Shown: positions 1 to 10,659, numbered from the stretch's first letter. The stretch: DNA of 64,000 nt from Chloroflexota bacterium (GCA_963663275.1 OY760183.1:352001-416000), one strand, 5' to 3'. The notes: a model not told the origin generated them from the sequence alone. Translations and numbers: made by a program.

Positions 1-101
1 GCAAGAGTCCCTCAAATGAGAGAGGGCACTTCTCGCCTCTCAGCGCGGGGTCGCGGCGGTCTCCCACAGGCAGGGCCTGGCCGGTTTGGCGCGCCCGTTA
101 C

Positions 102-130
102 TTGACACCGCAGGTGTGGTATTCTATGTT
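102..130 (+). promoter_or_regulatory. Putative sigma70-type promoter of the first solute-binding protein gene
   Basis: TTGACA (102-107), 17-nt spacer, TATGTT (125-130); AGGAGGT RBS before ATG 178. Confidence 0.6.
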
Positions 131-177
131 GACCGTGACTCAATAGGTTGGTTGGTAGTGCGTAGGAGGTATACGCA

Positions 178-1566
178 ATGAGACGAACAGGACGGATGAG
201 TCGACGTTCCCTGCTCGGCTGGAGCGGCGTAGTAGGCGGCGGCGCCTTGCTGGCGGCCTGCGGCGCGCAGACCGGCGCCATGGAAGAGGCCGAGCCCGAA
301 GCCAAGGCCGAGGAAGAAGCCCCCAAGGCCGAAACGGCCGACACGAAAGAGATGGAGCCCCGTCTCATCGTGCACACCGACTGGTGGCGGCCCGGCGGCG
401 CGCCCACCATTCAGGAGTACTTCGACGGCATCAAGGGCGACTTCATGGAGCTCAATCCCGGCGTGACCGTCGAGTCGGTCCACGTGCGCGGGACCCTCGG
501 CTTGCAGGACCAGGTGACCACGATGATTGCCGCCGGCGAGCAGGTGGACTCCTCGCAAGTCTCGGTGGCCTTCATCCTCAATTGGTTGCTGAAAGACTTT
601 CTGCAGCCGCTCGACCCGTTCCAGGCCAAGGATCCCGATACGGCGCCGGACAAGTTCGTGGATTCCGGCCGCTTCTTCAACGTGCACAACGGCCAGACCT
701 ACGGCATCCCGTACGACGGCCCCTCGACCGTTGTGATGGGGATTAACACGCGCTTGTTGACGGACGCCGGCCTCGACACCGATCGCGAAGTTACTTGGAA
801 TTGGGATTGGGACCAGTTCCTGGAATATGCGCAGAAGGTGCACGAGACGGATGGAGAGAATATTACGCGCATGGGCTATCGCACCAGCGGCTTCAGCCTG
901 TCTGGCATCGGGCGGTGGCTCTATCCCAACGGCGCTACCCTGTATACTGAGGACAATAAGGCAGCGGCCTTCGATTCCGCACAGGGCATTGCCGCGGGAC
1001 AGTTCAAGGAGGACTTGAAGATAAAGCACAAGTTCGACCCCTTGCCGGAAGGCGCGACCTTCGTCAACGAGCAAGTCGTCATTGCCCAACAGGGTTCCTG
1101 GAGTGTCGGCTACATCTTCGGCAACAATGAGACCCTTGAGTTTGACTTTGCGCCCATACCCAAGGGTCCCGACGGCACGACGCCGGGTAGCATGACCTGG
1201 ACGAACCAGTGGTGCCTCTTCAGTGTCTCCCCGGACCCCGAATTGGCGTGGAGCTGGATGAGTTGGGTCAATAGCGAGGCCACCTTGGAGAAGTACTTCG
1301 CCGGCATCCTCTCCCGCAATGCCGGGCGCAAGGAGTTCTACCAGAGCGAAGCCTGGAAGGCGCGCACTGACGAGCGGCCGGTGCTGAAGGACCTGGAGCT
1401 AATCGCCGACAATTCCGGCCCGTACCCGTGGCTCCACACGTCCGCGGGCAACGAAGCCACCAAGCCGGTGTGGGATGCCCTGAATAACCAGGAACTCACC
1501 GTGCAAGAGGCCTTCCCGCAGGCCGCCGAACTGCTCAATGGCGTTTTGGAGGAGTTGGGCACCTAA
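178..1566 (+). CDS. ABC transporter extracellular solute-binding lipoprotein (family 1, sugar-type), Tat signal
   Basis: SRRSLL twin-arginine motif, LAAC lipobox, GQTYGIPYD and WDWDQFLEYAQK motifs typical of family-1 SBPs; 462 aa. Confidence 0.88.
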   Translation: MRRTGRMSRRSLLGWSGVVGGGALLAACGAQTGAMEEAEPEAKAEEEAPKAETADTKEMEPRLIVHTDWWRPGGAPTIQEYFDGIKGDFMELNPGVTVESVHVRGTLGLQDQVTTMIAAGEQVDSSQVSVAFILNWLLKDFLQPLDPFQAKDPDTAPDKFVDSGRFFNVHNGQTYGIPYDGPSTVVMGINTRLLTDAGLDTDREVTWNWDWDQFLEYAQKVHETDGENITRMGYRTSGFSLSGIGRWLYPNGATLYTEDNKAAAFDSAQGIAAGQFKEDLKIKHKFDPLPEGATFVNEQVVIAQQGSWSVGYIFGNNETLEFDFAPIPKGPDGTTPGSMTWTNQWCLFSVSPDPELAWSWMSWVNSEATLEKYFAGILSRNAGRKEFYQSEAWKARTDERPVLKDLELIADNSGPYPWLHTSAGNEATKPVWDALNNQELTVQEAFPQAAELLNGVLEELGT

Positions 1567-1597
1567 GCAAGCTCATTCCTCTGCTGTCTAGCAGGTC

Positions 1598-1640
1598 AAA
1601 GAAGACTGGGCGGGTTGCACAACCCGCCCAGTCTTCTTTT
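1598..1640 (+). terminator. Intrinsic terminator, likely bidirectional
   Basis: AAAGAAGACTGGGCGGGTT-GCAC-AACCCGCCCAGTCTTCTTTT perfect stem with A and T tails. Confidence 0.85.
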
Positions 1641-1725
1641 GCTATGACTGCTCCCTACATGCTCTCGAAGGGGAGAGTGGTACTTCATGTTAAGAACCAT
1701 CGCAAAGCAGAGTCTTGTCAGCTTG

Positions 1726-1754
1726 TTGACAGCAAAATGGCAACCTAGTACCGT
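1726..1754 (+). promoter_or_regulatory. Putative promoter of the second SBP gene, paralogous to the rny promoter
   Basis: TTGACA-N17-TACCGT; the same GTTGACAGC...TAGTACCGTTAG context recurs at 3368-3400. Confidence 0.55.
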
Positions 1755-1830
1755 TAGGGCAGCGGCTGCGTTCTCCTTACGAACGCGCCGAGAGTCGGTA
1801 GGAAGGTAGTGCTCAGGAGGTTTTCATACC

Positions 1831-3219
1831 ATGAGAAGCACAGGACGGCTCAGCAGACGTTCCCTGCTCGGTTGGAGCGGTGTAGTTGGCGGCGGCGTAC
1901 TGCTCGCGGCCTGCGGCGCGCAGACCGGCGCCATGGAAGAGGCCGAGCCCGAAGCCAAGGCCGAGGAAGAAGCGCCCAAGGCCGAGACGGCCGACACCAA
2001 AGAGATGGAGCCCCGTCTCATCGTGCACACCGACTGGTGGCGGCCCGGCGGCGCGCCCACCATTCAGGAGTACTTCGACGGCATCAAGGGCGACTTCATG
2101 GAGCTCAACCCCGGCATCACCGTGGAGTCCGTGCACGTGCGCGGCACCATCGGCTTGCAGGACCACGTGACCACCATGATTGCCGCCGGCGAGCAGGTAG
2201 ACTCCTCGCAGGTTTCGGTAGCCTTCATCCTGAACTGGCTGCTGAAAGACTTCTTGGCGCCGCTGGACCCGTATCAGGCCGCGGATCCCTCCATGGCGCC
2301 CGACAAGTTCGTGGACTCCGGCCGGTTCTTCAACCAGCACGGCGGCATGACCTACGGCATCCCGTATGACGGCCCCTCCACCACTGTGGTTGGGATCAAC
2401 ACGCGGCTGCTCACGGACGCCGGCTTGGATCCCGATCGCGAGGTCACTTGGAATTGGGATTGGGACACGTTCCTGGAGTACGCGCAGCAGGCGCACGAAG
2501 TGTCTGGCGACAACATCGTACGCATGGGCTACAGGCCGGGCAGTTTCTCCATTTACCATCTCGGGCGGTGGGTCTACGTCAATGGCGGCAGGCTCTATAG
2601 CGATGATAATTCGGAGGCCGTCTTCGATTCGCCGCAGGCCATCGCCGGGGGCGAGTTCATGCAAGATCTCAAGATCAAGCACAAGTTCGACCCCGTGCCG
2701 GAAGGCGCGACCTTCCAGAACGAGCAGCTAGTGATGGACATCCAAGGCTCGTGGCGAGTCGGGTACCTCCTTGGCGAGAATCCCGACCTGGAGTTCGACT
2801 TTACGCCGTATCCCCAGGGACCCGATGGCGCGTCGCCGGGCAGCTTGACCTGGACGAACCAGTGGTGCCTCTTCGGCGTCTCGCCGGATCCCGACCTCGC
2901 CTGGTCGTGGATTGCCTGGGTGAACAGCGAAGCCACGCTGGAGAAGTACTTCGCCGGTATCCTTTCCCGCAACGCCGGCCGCAAGGAGTTCTACCAGAGC
3001 GAGCCGTGGCAGAAGATCGTTGCGGATCGTCCGGTGCTGAAGGACATCGAAACGATCGCCGATACGTCCGGCCCGTACCCGTGGATCCATACGTCCGCGG
3101 GCAACGAAGCCACCAAGCCGGTGTGGGACGCCCTGAACAAGCAGGAGCTCACCGTGCAGGAGGCTCTCCCTCAGGCCGTGAAACTGCTCAACGGCGTCTT
3201 GGCGGAGATGGGCACCTAA
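1831..3219 (+). CDS. ABC transporter solute-binding lipoprotein, tandem paralog of 178-1566
   Basis: Same length (462 aa), near-identical N-terminal half, Tat motif and lipobox. Confidence 0.88.
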   Translation: MRSTGRLSRRSLLGWSGVVGGGVLLAACGAQTGAMEEAEPEAKAEEEAPKAETADTKEMEPRLIVHTDWWRPGGAPTIQEYFDGIKGDFMELNPGITVESVHVRGTIGLQDHVTTMIAAGEQVDSSQVSVAFILNWLLKDFLAPLDPYQAADPSMAPDKFVDSGRFFNQHGGMTYGIPYDGPSTTVVGINTRLLTDAGLDPDREVTWNWDWDTFLEYAQQAHEVSGDNIVRMGYRPGSFSIYHLGRWVYVNGGRLYSDDNSEAVFDSPQAIAGGEFMQDLKIKHKFDPVPEGATFQNEQLVMDIQGSWRVGYLLGENPDLEFDFTPYPQGPDGASPGSLTWTNQWCLFGVSPDPDLAWSWIAWVNSEATLEKYFAGILSRNAGRKEFYQSEPWQKIVADRPVLKDIETIADTSGPYPWIHTSAGNEATKPVWDALNKQELTVQEALPQAVKLLNGVLAEMGT

Positions 3220-3250
3220 GCGGCTCAGCCGTTTGCCGCCGGATACAGCG

Positions 3251-3291
3251 AAAGAACCGGGCGGGCCTTGCGGCCCGCCCGGTCTTTCTTT
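3251..3291 (+). terminator. Intrinsic terminator
   Basis: ACCGGGCGGGCC-TTGC-GGCCCGCCCGGT stem followed by CTTTCTTT. Confidence 0.8.
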
Positions 3292-3368
3292 ACCCAACCA
3301 AACCTCTCTCTCCGCGCTTCTCTCCGGTAGTTCCGCTCACTCTCGCACGCAAATGCCCTATGCGCGCG

Positions 3369-3397
3369 TTGACAGCGGAACGCTGAATTAGTACCGT
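3369..3397 (+). promoter_or_regulatory. Putative rny promoter
   Basis: TTGACA-N17-TACCGT upstream of rny. Confidence 0.55.
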
Positions 3398-3519
3398 TAG
3401 TGTGGGCGAGTAGTTACGCTAGCGGTAGCCATTCGCCGGCATGAAGACGTGATTGCCACCAGTGGTGATTGACATGTACCGACTGCTTGCAAAGTATCGC
3501 GGAGAGGAAGGCAAAGGGC

Positions 3520-5049
3520 ATGGAGCTATGGATGCTTATCGTGCCTCTGCTTGTCCTAATCCCTGGAGCTTTTGGGGTAGGTTTTTGGGCGCAACGGCTA
3601 ATCCAGCATCGGAATACCCAGGCGGCGGCGGCTGAAGCGCAGAGGCTCTTGGAGGATGCAGAGACCACACGAAAACGCATGGCGGTGGAGGCCAAAGATG
3701 AGGCGCTAAGGCTGAAGACCAAAGCGGAGGAGGAAATCGGGCGCTGGCGCGGCGAACTCAGCCGCACCGAGCGCCGCCTGCAACAGCGTGAAGAAACGCT
3801 AGAGCAACGCGCTACGCAGGCCGAACGGCGCGACAAGAAGATCGGCGAACACGAAAAGCGGGTCGAACGCGAGCGCAATGCCGTGGACGAACTGCGGCAA
3901 CAGCAAATCAGCGAACTCGAGCGCATCGCCCAGATGACGGCCGGCGAGGCCAAAGTGGTGCTTACCCAGAGCATCGAGGAAGAAGTGCGCGAAGAGTGCA
4001 CCCGCATGATCAAGCAGCTTGAAGCCTCGGCCCGCGAGGAATCCGAGCGCAGCGCGCGCCGCGTCATCGCCACCGCCATCCAACGCCTGGCCGCCGACCA
4101 TACCGTGGAATCCACGGTCTCGGTCGTCACCCTGCCCAACGAGGAGATGAAAGGCCGCATCATCGGCCGCGAAGGGCGCAACATCCGCGCCCTGGAACTC
4201 CTCACCGGCGTGGACCTCATCATCGACGATACGCCCGAGGCCGTGGTGCTTTCGGCCCACGACCCGGTGCGGCGCGAGGTGGCGCGCGTGGCCCTCACCC
4301 GCCTCATCCAGGACGGCCGCATCCACCCGGCCCGCATCGAGGAGATGGTGGGCAAGGCCGATAAGGAGATCGAAGACACGATCTGGGAAGAAGGCGAACA
4401 GGCGGCGGACCTGGCCCAGGTGCGCGGCCTGCCCGCCGAACTGGTGCGCCTCATCGGGCGGCTCCGCTACCGCTCCAGCTACGGCCAGAACGTGCTGGCC
4501 CACAGCGTGGAAGTGGCCCAGTTGGCCGCCAGCATGGCCGCGGAAATCGGCGCCGACGTGAACGTCGGCCGCCGCGCCGGCCTGCTGCACGACGTGGGCA
4601 AGGCCGTGGACGCCGACATGGAAGGCCCCCACGCCCTGGTGGGCGCGGAAATGACCCGCCGCTACAACCAGTCGCCGAAAGTCGTGCACGCCATCGCCGC
4701 CCACCACAACGATGAAGAACCGCGCACGGTGGAGGCTTTCGTCGTCTCCGCGGCGGACGCCATCTCGGCCTCGCGGCCGGGGGCGCGCCGGGACTCGATC
4801 GAACGCTACATGCAGCGGCTGCGGGCGCTGGAATCCGTGGCCAACTCGTTCTCCGGCGTGGAGAAATCATACGCCATCCAGGCCGGACGCGAAGTGCGCA
4901 TCATGGTGCGGCCCGACGAAATCGACGAACTGGGCGCCGTGCGCCTCTCCCGCGACATCTGCAAACGCATCGAGGAATCGCTGGAATACCCGGGCCAGGT
5001 AAAGGTCACCCTGATCCGGGAAACGCGCGTGGTAGACTACGCCAGGTAA
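3520..5049 (+). CDS. rny: Ribonuclease Y
   Basis: N-terminal TM helix, coiled coil, KH domain ([13 protein letters not shown]), HD domain (LLHDVGK), C-terminal [14 protein letters not shown]; start moved to ATG 3520. Confidence 0.96.
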   Translation: MELWMLIVPLLVLIPGAFGVGFWAQRLIQHRNTQAAAAEAQRLLEDAETTRKRMAVEAKDEALRLKTKAEEEIGRWRGELSRTERRLQQREETLEQRATQAERRDKKIGEHEKRVERERNAVDELRQQQISELERIAQMTAGEAKVVLTQSIEEEVREECTRMIKQLEASAREESERSARRVIATAIQRLAADHTVESTVSVVTLPNEEMKGRIIGREGRNIRALELLTGVDLIIDDTPEAVVLSAHDPVRREVARVALTRLIQDGRIHPARIEEMVGKADKEIEDTIWEEGEQAADLAQVRGLPAELVRLIGRLRYRSSYGQNVLAHSVEVAQLAASMAAEIGADVNVGRRAGLLHDVGKAVDADMEGPHALVGAEMTRRYNQSPKVVHAIAAHHNDEEPRTVEAFVVSAADAISASRPGARRDSIERYMQRLRALESVANSFSGVEKSYAIQAGREVRIMVRPDEIDELGAVRLSRDICKRIEESLEYPGQVKVTLIRETRVVDYAR

Positions 5050-5057
5050 CGCAAATC

Positions 5058-5221
5058 GCGCGTTCGTCCCTCTCCCACGGGAGAAGGACCGGCGCGTCCC
5101 TCTACAGGGGATTAGGACAAGCGCGTCCCTCTCCGAGAGGTAAAGACTGGCGCGTCCCTGCCGGGGAGAAAGGGGCGTATCTTGTCCCCTCTCCCTGAGG
5201 GAGAGGTTTAGGGTGAGGGTG
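5058..5221. repeat. Degenerate ~29-bp tandem units ending in a CCCCTCTCCCTGAGGGAGAGG(G/T)TTAGGGTGAGGG palindromic repeat (class G)
   Basis: Repeated GCGCGTCCCTCT; class G also occurs near 6561, 10624, 33685/34967, 43383 and 43646. Confidence 0.7.
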
Positions 5222-5331
5222 AAACAACAAGGGAAACCGCGTTGAAAACGCGCCAAACGGACAGAGACTGCTCGCTGTGGGCCGCCTGAGCGGCAATCCA
5301 CGCACTCAACATTGAAGCTGGAGGGGAGCAG

Positions 5332-5592
5332 ATGGAGATCCTCAAGGTAGCGTCGCAATCCAAGCCGACGGCCGTGGCCGGCGCCATTGCCGGCGTGATG
5401 CGGGAAAGCGGCCGCGCCGAAGTCCAGGCGATCGGCGCGGGCGCCGTAAACCAGGCCGTCAAGTCGGTGGTCATCGCGCGCGGCTACCTGGCCCCGGGCG
5501 GCATCGACCTCATCTGCATCCCCGCCTTCATCGAGGTCACCGTCGAAAGCGGCGAACGCACCGCGATCAAGTTCATCCTCGAAGCGCGCTAA
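5332..5592 (+). CDS. spoVS: Stage V sporulation protein S (Alba-like)
   Basis: MEILKVAS...AVAGAIAG...AIGAGAVNQAVK...CIPAF signature; located downstream of rny. Confidence 0.95.
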   Translation: MEILKVASQSKPTAVAGAIAGVMRESGRAEVQAIGAGAVNQAVKSVVIARGYLAPGGIDLICIPAFIEVTVESGERTAIKFILEAR

Positions 5593-5617
5593 CCGGCGAT
5601 TGCCCAGGAGACCTTCC

Positions 5618-6526
5618 ATGTACCCAAACGGAGCGGATTTCGCCCTCAGCCTCACGTTCGACGTGGAGATGTGCAGCAATTTCCCCTACTGGACCTCAGT
5701 CTGGGACCACCGCAAAGGCGCGATCGATGAGGATAGCAAACTCTACATGGGCAAGATGCTGGACGTGGCGGCCCGATACGGCGTCAAGCTCCAGTTCTTC
5801 CTGGTGGGCCGCGCGCTGGAAGACCCCAACGTCGATTACCTCAAGCGCATGGCCGCCGAGGGCCACGCCGTGGATAACCACACCTACAACCACGTGAACG
5901 TGAAGGCCCAGGAGATACCGCAGTTACAACCGGTCTACGCCAACGCGCCTTGGCGCGCCGCCGGCCTGGACGCCCTGGAGTGCATCCGGCGCGAGGTGCG
6001 GCAGACCTCCACGGCCATCACCGAGAAACTCGGCGTCGCGCCCACCGGCTTCCGCACCCCCGGCGGCTTCAACAACGGCCTGGACGACGTGCCCGACGTG
6101 CAGGACGTCCTGCGCGAGGAAGGCATGGAATACGCTTCCGCCCGGTACTATTTTCCGGTGGATCCCAGCAAGAAACGCCCCCCGGCGGACGCGCTGAACC
6201 GGGCGATGGAGGCCAGCATCGACGCGCTCCAGCCCTCGCGCTATCCCAACGGCCTGCCGGAACTGCCGCTGGCGGGCATTACGGACATCTGGGCGTTCCG
6301 CGTGCTGGATCTGGACCGCTGGGAGTTCATCGACGTGCTCAAGCGCGGCATCGACCACACCCACGCCCATAAGCAGGCGCTGAGCCTCTGCTTCCATCCG
6401 CCGGTGCTCGCCGTCCGCGATCCCCACTGCGACATGCTGGACGGCATCCTGCGCTACGCCCTGGCAAAACCCGGCGGCTGCTGGATTGCCACAAACCAAG
6501 AAATGGCGGCGCATACGCTCAACTAA
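5618..6526 (+). CDS. Polysaccharide deacetylase (CE4/NodB-like) family protein
   Basis: LTFDVE, NHTYNH metal motif, GFRTPGG, CFHP; AGGAG RBS before ATG 5618. Confidence 0.85.
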   Translation: MYPNGADFALSLTFDVEMCSNFPYWTSVWDHRKGAIDEDSKLYMGKMLDVAARYGVKLQFFLVGRALEDPNVDYLKRMAAEGHAVDNHTYNHVNVKAQEIPQLQPVYANAPWRAAGLDALECIRREVRQTSTAITEKLGVAPTGFRTPGGFNNGLDDVPDVQDVLREEGMEYASARYYFPVDPSKKRPPADALNRAMEASIDALQPSRYPNGLPELPLAGITDIWAFRVLDLDRWEFIDVLKRGIDHTHAHKQALSLCFHPPVLAVRDPHCDMLDGILRYALAKPGGCWIATNQEMAAHTLN

Positions 6527-6671
6527 CACCCGGCAGTATCGGCAAATTCCCCGCTCCTGTCCCCTCTCCCTGAGGGAGAGGGCTAGGGTGAGGGTGAATC
6601 ACCGGAGCACAGTCACGTTGACTGGGCAAGTAGCGCAAACTCTGAGCGATTGAACACCAAAGGAATTACCC

Positions 6672-7580
6672 ATGTTCCCAAACGGCGCCGGCTTCTCCCT
6701 CAGCCTCACCTTCGACATCGAGATGACCCCTAACTTCCCCTACTGGACCTCCGCCTGGAACCATCGCAAGGGGCAAATCGACGAGGGCACCAAGCTCTAC
6801 CTGCGCAGGATGAGCGAAATCGCCAAGGGCTACGGGGTCAAGCTGCAATTCTTCCTGGTGGGCAGCGCGTTGGAAGACCCGGACATCGACTATCTGAAGC
6901 AACTCGTCGACGACGGCCACGCCATCGACAACCACACCTACACCCACGTGAACGTCAAGGCCAAGGACGTCGCCGGCTTGCAGGAAATCTACGCCAACGC
7001 GCCCTGGAAGGTTGCGGGTCAGACGCCGCTGGAAGTCATTCGCCAGGAAATCCGCCAGACGAACGCGGCAATCGAGGAGAAGCTGGGTGAAAAGCCCCAG
7101 GGTTTCCGTACGCCGGGCGGTTTCGAAGGCGGGCTGGACGACGTGCCGGACGTGCAGGACGTGCTGCGGTACGAGGGCTTTCGCTTTGCCTCCGCCAACT
7201 ACCACTACCCGGTAGACCCCACGGTGCGCCACCAGCCGACGGCGACGCTGGAAGCGGCATTCCACGCCAGCTTGAATACACTGCAACCTTACCGCTATCC
7301 CAACGGCCTGCTGGAAATCCCCCTGATGGGCATCACCTCCATCTGGGCGTTCCGGCACATGGATTTGGACCGCTGGGAGTTCATCGACCTCATCAAGGCC
7401 GGCGTGGACCACGCGCACGAGCACAAGCAGATCTTCAGCCTGTGCTGCCATCCGTCGGACATCGCCGCGCGCGACCCGCACTGCGATATGGTGGATGCCG
7501 TGCTGCGCCACGCGCTGGATAAACCCGGCGGCTGCTGGGCAACGACCAACCGCGAAATCGCGGATTACCTGAATGGCTGA
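6672..7580 (+). CDS. Polysaccharide deacetylase family protein, tandem paralog
   Basis: LTFDIE, NHTYTH, GFRTPGG, CCHP; colinear with the upstream gene. Confidence 0.85.
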   Translation: MFPNGAGFSLSLTFDIEMTPNFPYWTSAWNHRKGQIDEGTKLYLRRMSEIAKGYGVKLQFFLVGSALEDPDIDYLKQLVDDGHAIDNHTYTHVNVKAKDVAGLQEIYANAPWKVAGQTPLEVIRQEIRQTNAAIEEKLGEKPQGFRTPGGFEGGLDDVPDVQDVLRYEGFRFASANYHYPVDPTVRHQPTATLEAAFHASLNTLQPYRYPNGLLEIPLMGITSIWAFRHMDLDRWEFIDLIKAGVDHAHEHKQIFSLCCHPSDIAARDPHCDMVDAVLRHALDKPGGCWATTNREIADYLNG

Positions 7581-7649
7581 GGGCGGGCGCGCGTGTTTCC
7601 CGGCCAGCGTAACCCGTCGCGTGACGTCGATCGGAAACGGGAAGGCCGC

Positions 7650-7980
7650 GTAGGGACGGTTCGCGAACCGCCCCTACCACGACGCCTCATGCGGGGGACA
7701 AGCCCCCGCGCTACGGTGCGAGGTACGGTTCGAGGGTTAGCGGGCTCCGGTAGCGTAGGTTCGCAACCTGCGCCGGCCGTGTCCGGTAGCGTAGGTTTGT
7801 AACCTGCGCAGCCTGCCGCCTTGCCGACGCAAACGAGATTCCGGAGGCGGGGGACAAGCCCCCGCGCTACGGTGCGAGGATTAGCGGGCTCCGGTAGCGT
7901 AGGTTTGTAACCTGCGTAGCCTGCCGCCTTGCCAACGCAAACGAGATTCCGGAGGCGGGGGACAAGCCCCCGCGCTACGG
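7650..7980. repeat. Composite REP cluster (BIME-like)
   Basis: One GTAGGGACGGTTCGCGAACCGCCCCTAC (class D), three inverted GTAGCGCGGGGGCTTGTCCCC(C)GC (class A), three GGTAGCGTAGGTT..AACCTGCG (class B); internal duplication. Confidence 0.85.
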
Positions 7981-8009
7981 TGTAGCCATCTGGAAACAAC
8001 GGAGGAATC

Positions 8010-9128
8010 ATGGAAACCGCGGACGTCGTCGTCATTGGCGGCGGCATTGTCGGCACCACCATCACCTATCACCTCGCCAAGGCCGGCGCCGGCAAGGTGG
8101 TGCTCTGCGAGCGCAAGACCATCGGCTCCGGCACCAGTTCCATGTCCGGCGCCATGTGCGGCCAGCAGGCGGAAATGACCGACACCATTGCCAAACTGGC
8201 CGTGCGCGCCCGCGACATCTACGACAACTTCGGCGACGTCATCGGCGGCGACTGCGGTTTCTTCAAGTATGGCATCCTGAACCTCTACGCCACGATGGAA
8301 GTCGCTGAACAGGCGGCCGCCAGGGCCCGCAAGAACGGCTCCGCCGCCCGGGCGATCACACTTGACGAAGCCAAGGACTACTACCCGGAAGCCAACCTGG
8401 AGGGCGCGGGCGCGGCGCTGCTCTACGGCGAGACCGGCAACGTGGACGCCTATCGCACCATGCAGTCCTACGTGGCCGGGGCGCGGGCGCACGGCGCGGA
8501 GATACGGGAGTTCACGCCGGTCACCCACATCCACGCCACAAACGGGCGGATTGAACGCTTAGAGACCCCCGGCGGGTCTATCGCGCCGGGCAAGGTCGTG
8601 CTCGCCTGCGGCCCGTGGAGCCACAAAGTGGCCCGTTCCGCCGGCTTGCGCCTGCCGATCCAGCCCTCGCAGGTCGGCGTCTCGTTCTACCGCCAGCCGC
8701 CCGATTTCTACGACCGGCCGCCGGTCTTCAGCGTGGAACTTGCCATCATCCCCTGGCACAACAAGCACTTCCGCGTCCTGTGCGACCGCCGCGACCCGCT
8801 GGTGAAGATCGAACCGGATCCCACCAACGCCGTGCCGCCGCAGTGGATGGTGGACTGGACGACGGAAGTGATCCAGCGGCGGCTGCCCAAGATGAAGCGC
8901 GGCCGCTTCCAGGGCGCGTACCAGACCTGCTACGACGACACGCCCGACCTGAAACCGCTCTTGGGCTACGTCGCGGGCTACGAGAACCTCTTTCTCGATT
9001 GCGGCTGGAGCGGCCGCGGCTTCAAGTTCTCCGTGGCCCTCGGCGAGTACAACGCCAAGTGGATCATGGAAGGCAAGACCGAACTCGACCTGGCGCCCTG
9101 GCTGGCCAGCCGCTTCCTGGGCGCGTGA
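8010..9128 (+). CDS. FAD-dependent oxidoreductase (DAO / sarcosine oxidase beta-like)
   Basis: VVIGGGIVG Rossmann motif, YDDTPD..P.LG, GWSGRGFK. Confidence 0.85.
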   Translation: METADVVVIGGGIVGTTITYHLAKAGAGKVVLCERKTIGSGTSSMSGAMCGQQAEMTDTIAKLAVRARDIYDNFGDVIGGDCGFFKYGILNLYATMEVAEQAAARARKNGSAARAITLDEAKDYYPEANLEGAGAALLYGETGNVDAYRTMQSYVAGARAHGAEIREFTPVTHIHATNGRIERLETPGGSIAPGKVVLACGPWSHKVARSAGLRLPIQPSQVGVSFYRQPPDFYDRPPVFSVELAIIPWHNKHFRVLCDRRDPLVKIEPDPTNAVPPQWMVDWTTEVIQRRLPKMKRGRFQGAYQTCYDDTPDLKPLLGYVAGYENLFLDCGWSGRGFKFSVALGEYNAKWIMEGKTELDLAPWLASRFLGA

Positions 9129-9152
9129 ACCGATGCAGCAAGGATAGTGTGT

Positions 9153-10403
9153 ATGGCGCGTAAGCGCATCGTCGTCACCGGCATGGGCGCGGTAACCCCG
9201 GTGGGGAATACCGCCGCCGCCGCCTGGCGCGCCGTCTGCGACGGCACGCCGGGCATCACCCGCATCAGCCGGTTCGATACGGAAGGTTTCGCCGCGCAGA
9301 TTGCCGGTGAGGTCAAGGACTTCGACGCCCGGCAGTACGTGGACGCCCGCGAGGCGCGGCGCATGGACCGCTTCACCCAGTACGCGGTCGCGGCGGCGCA
9401 GGAGGCGATGGACGACTCCGGCGTGCCCATCACCGCGCAAAACGCCGGCCGCATCGGCGTCTTCGTCGGTTCCGGCATTGGCGGCATCGAGTCGTTGGAG
9501 GCGCAATTCGCGGTCATGGCCGCGCGCGGGCCGAGCCGCCTGAGCCCGTTTCTCATTCCCATGCTGCTCACGGATACGGCGGCGGGCGCGATTTCCATTC
9601 GCTTTGGCTTGCGCGGCCCGAACCTGGCGGTGGTTTCCGCCTGCGCCACCGGCGCGCACGCCGTGGGTGAAGGCGCGGCGGCGATCCGGCGCGGCGACGC
9701 CGACGTGATGGTCTGCGGCAGCAGCGAGGCTGCGGTGACCCCCATGACCATCGCCGGTTTTGCCGCCATGCGCGCGCTCTCCACCCGCAACGACGACCCG
9801 GCCGCGGCCTCGCGTCCATTCGAGAAACACCGCGACGGCTTCGTGGTCGGCGAGGGCGCGGGCGTGCTGGTGCTGGAAAGCCTGGAACACGCCCTGGACC
9901 GCGGCGCGCGCGTCTACGGAGAAGTGGCCGGCTACGGCGCGACCGCGGACGCCAGCCACATTACCGCCCCGCCGGATGACGGCGAGGGCGCGGCCCGCGC
10001 CATGCAAGCCGCCCTGGAGCAGGCGCAAGTCAGACCGGCAGACGTGCAGTATATCAACGCCCACGGCACCTCCACGCCGCTCAACGACCGGGCCGAAACC
10101 CAAGCCATCAAGACGGTGTTCGGCGACCATGCCGCAAAGCTGGCCGTGAGTTCCACCAAGTCCATGACCGGCCATCTGCTCGGCGGCGCCGGCGGCGTGG
10201 AATCCGTCTTTTGCCTGAAAGCCATCGAGGACAACCTGATACCGCCTACGCTAAACTATGAGGAACCCGATCCGGACTGCGACCTGGACTACGTGCCCAA
10301 CGGCCCGCGCCGGACGGCGGTCAACGCGGCCATGAACAACAGCTTCGGCTTCGGCGGCCACAACGCCAGCCTGCTCTTCACGCGCTTCGATTCCTCTCCC
10401 TGA
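9153..10403 (+). CDS. fabF: 3-oxoacyl-ACP synthase II
   Basis: [14 protein letters not shown] catalytic Cys, [25 protein letters not shown]. Confidence 0.96.
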   Translation: MARKRIVVTGMGAVTPVGNTAAAAWRAVCDGTPGITRISRFDTEGFAAQIAGEVKDFDARQYVDAREARRMDRFTQYAVAAAQEAMDDSGVPITAQNAGRIGVFVGSGIGGIESLEAQFAVMAARGPSRLSPFLIPMLLTDTAAGAISIRFGLRGPNLAVVSACATGAHAVGEGAAAIRRGDADVMVCGSSEAAVTPMTIAGFAAMRALSTRNDDPAAASRPFEKHRDGFVVGEGAGVLVLESLEHALDRGARVYGEVAGYGATADASHITAPPDDGEGAARAMQAALEQAQVRPADVQYINAHGTSTPLNDRAETQAIKTVFGDHAAKLAVSSTKSMTGHLLGGAGGVESVFCLKAIEDNLIPPTLNYEEPDPDCDLDYVPNGPRRTAVNAAMNNSFGFGGHNASLLFTRFDSSP

Positions 10404-10404
10404 C

Positions 10405-10544
10405 GAGACCTTTGCGTAACCCCTTCCCCATTGGGGGGAAGGTTGGGATGGGGGGTGAAATGGCTTGAAATCATGCAATCTTTAGGTGTAACACCGCTCT
10501 GGATTCCGGTTTTCACCGGAATGACGGAGTTATGCAAAGGTCTC
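10405..10544. mobile_element. MITE family B (140 bp), IS5-like ends
   Basis: TIRs GAGACCTTTGCGTAAC / GTTATGCAAAGGTCTC; 5-bp target duplication CTGAC on both sides; two internal palindromic repeats. Confidence 0.85.
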
Positions 10545-10659
10545 CTGACGGACAGGCCAAGACCACGTTCCGGTCCTGTCCCCTCTCCCTGAGGGAGAGG
10601 CCAGCGCCACGTTCCGGTCTTGTCCCCTCTCCCTGAGGGAGAGGGTTAGGGTGAGGGTT

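Noticed and set aside
5332-5592. spoVS as evidence of sporulation
   Set aside because: SpoVS is widespread in non-sporulating bacteria and no other sporulation gene is present.
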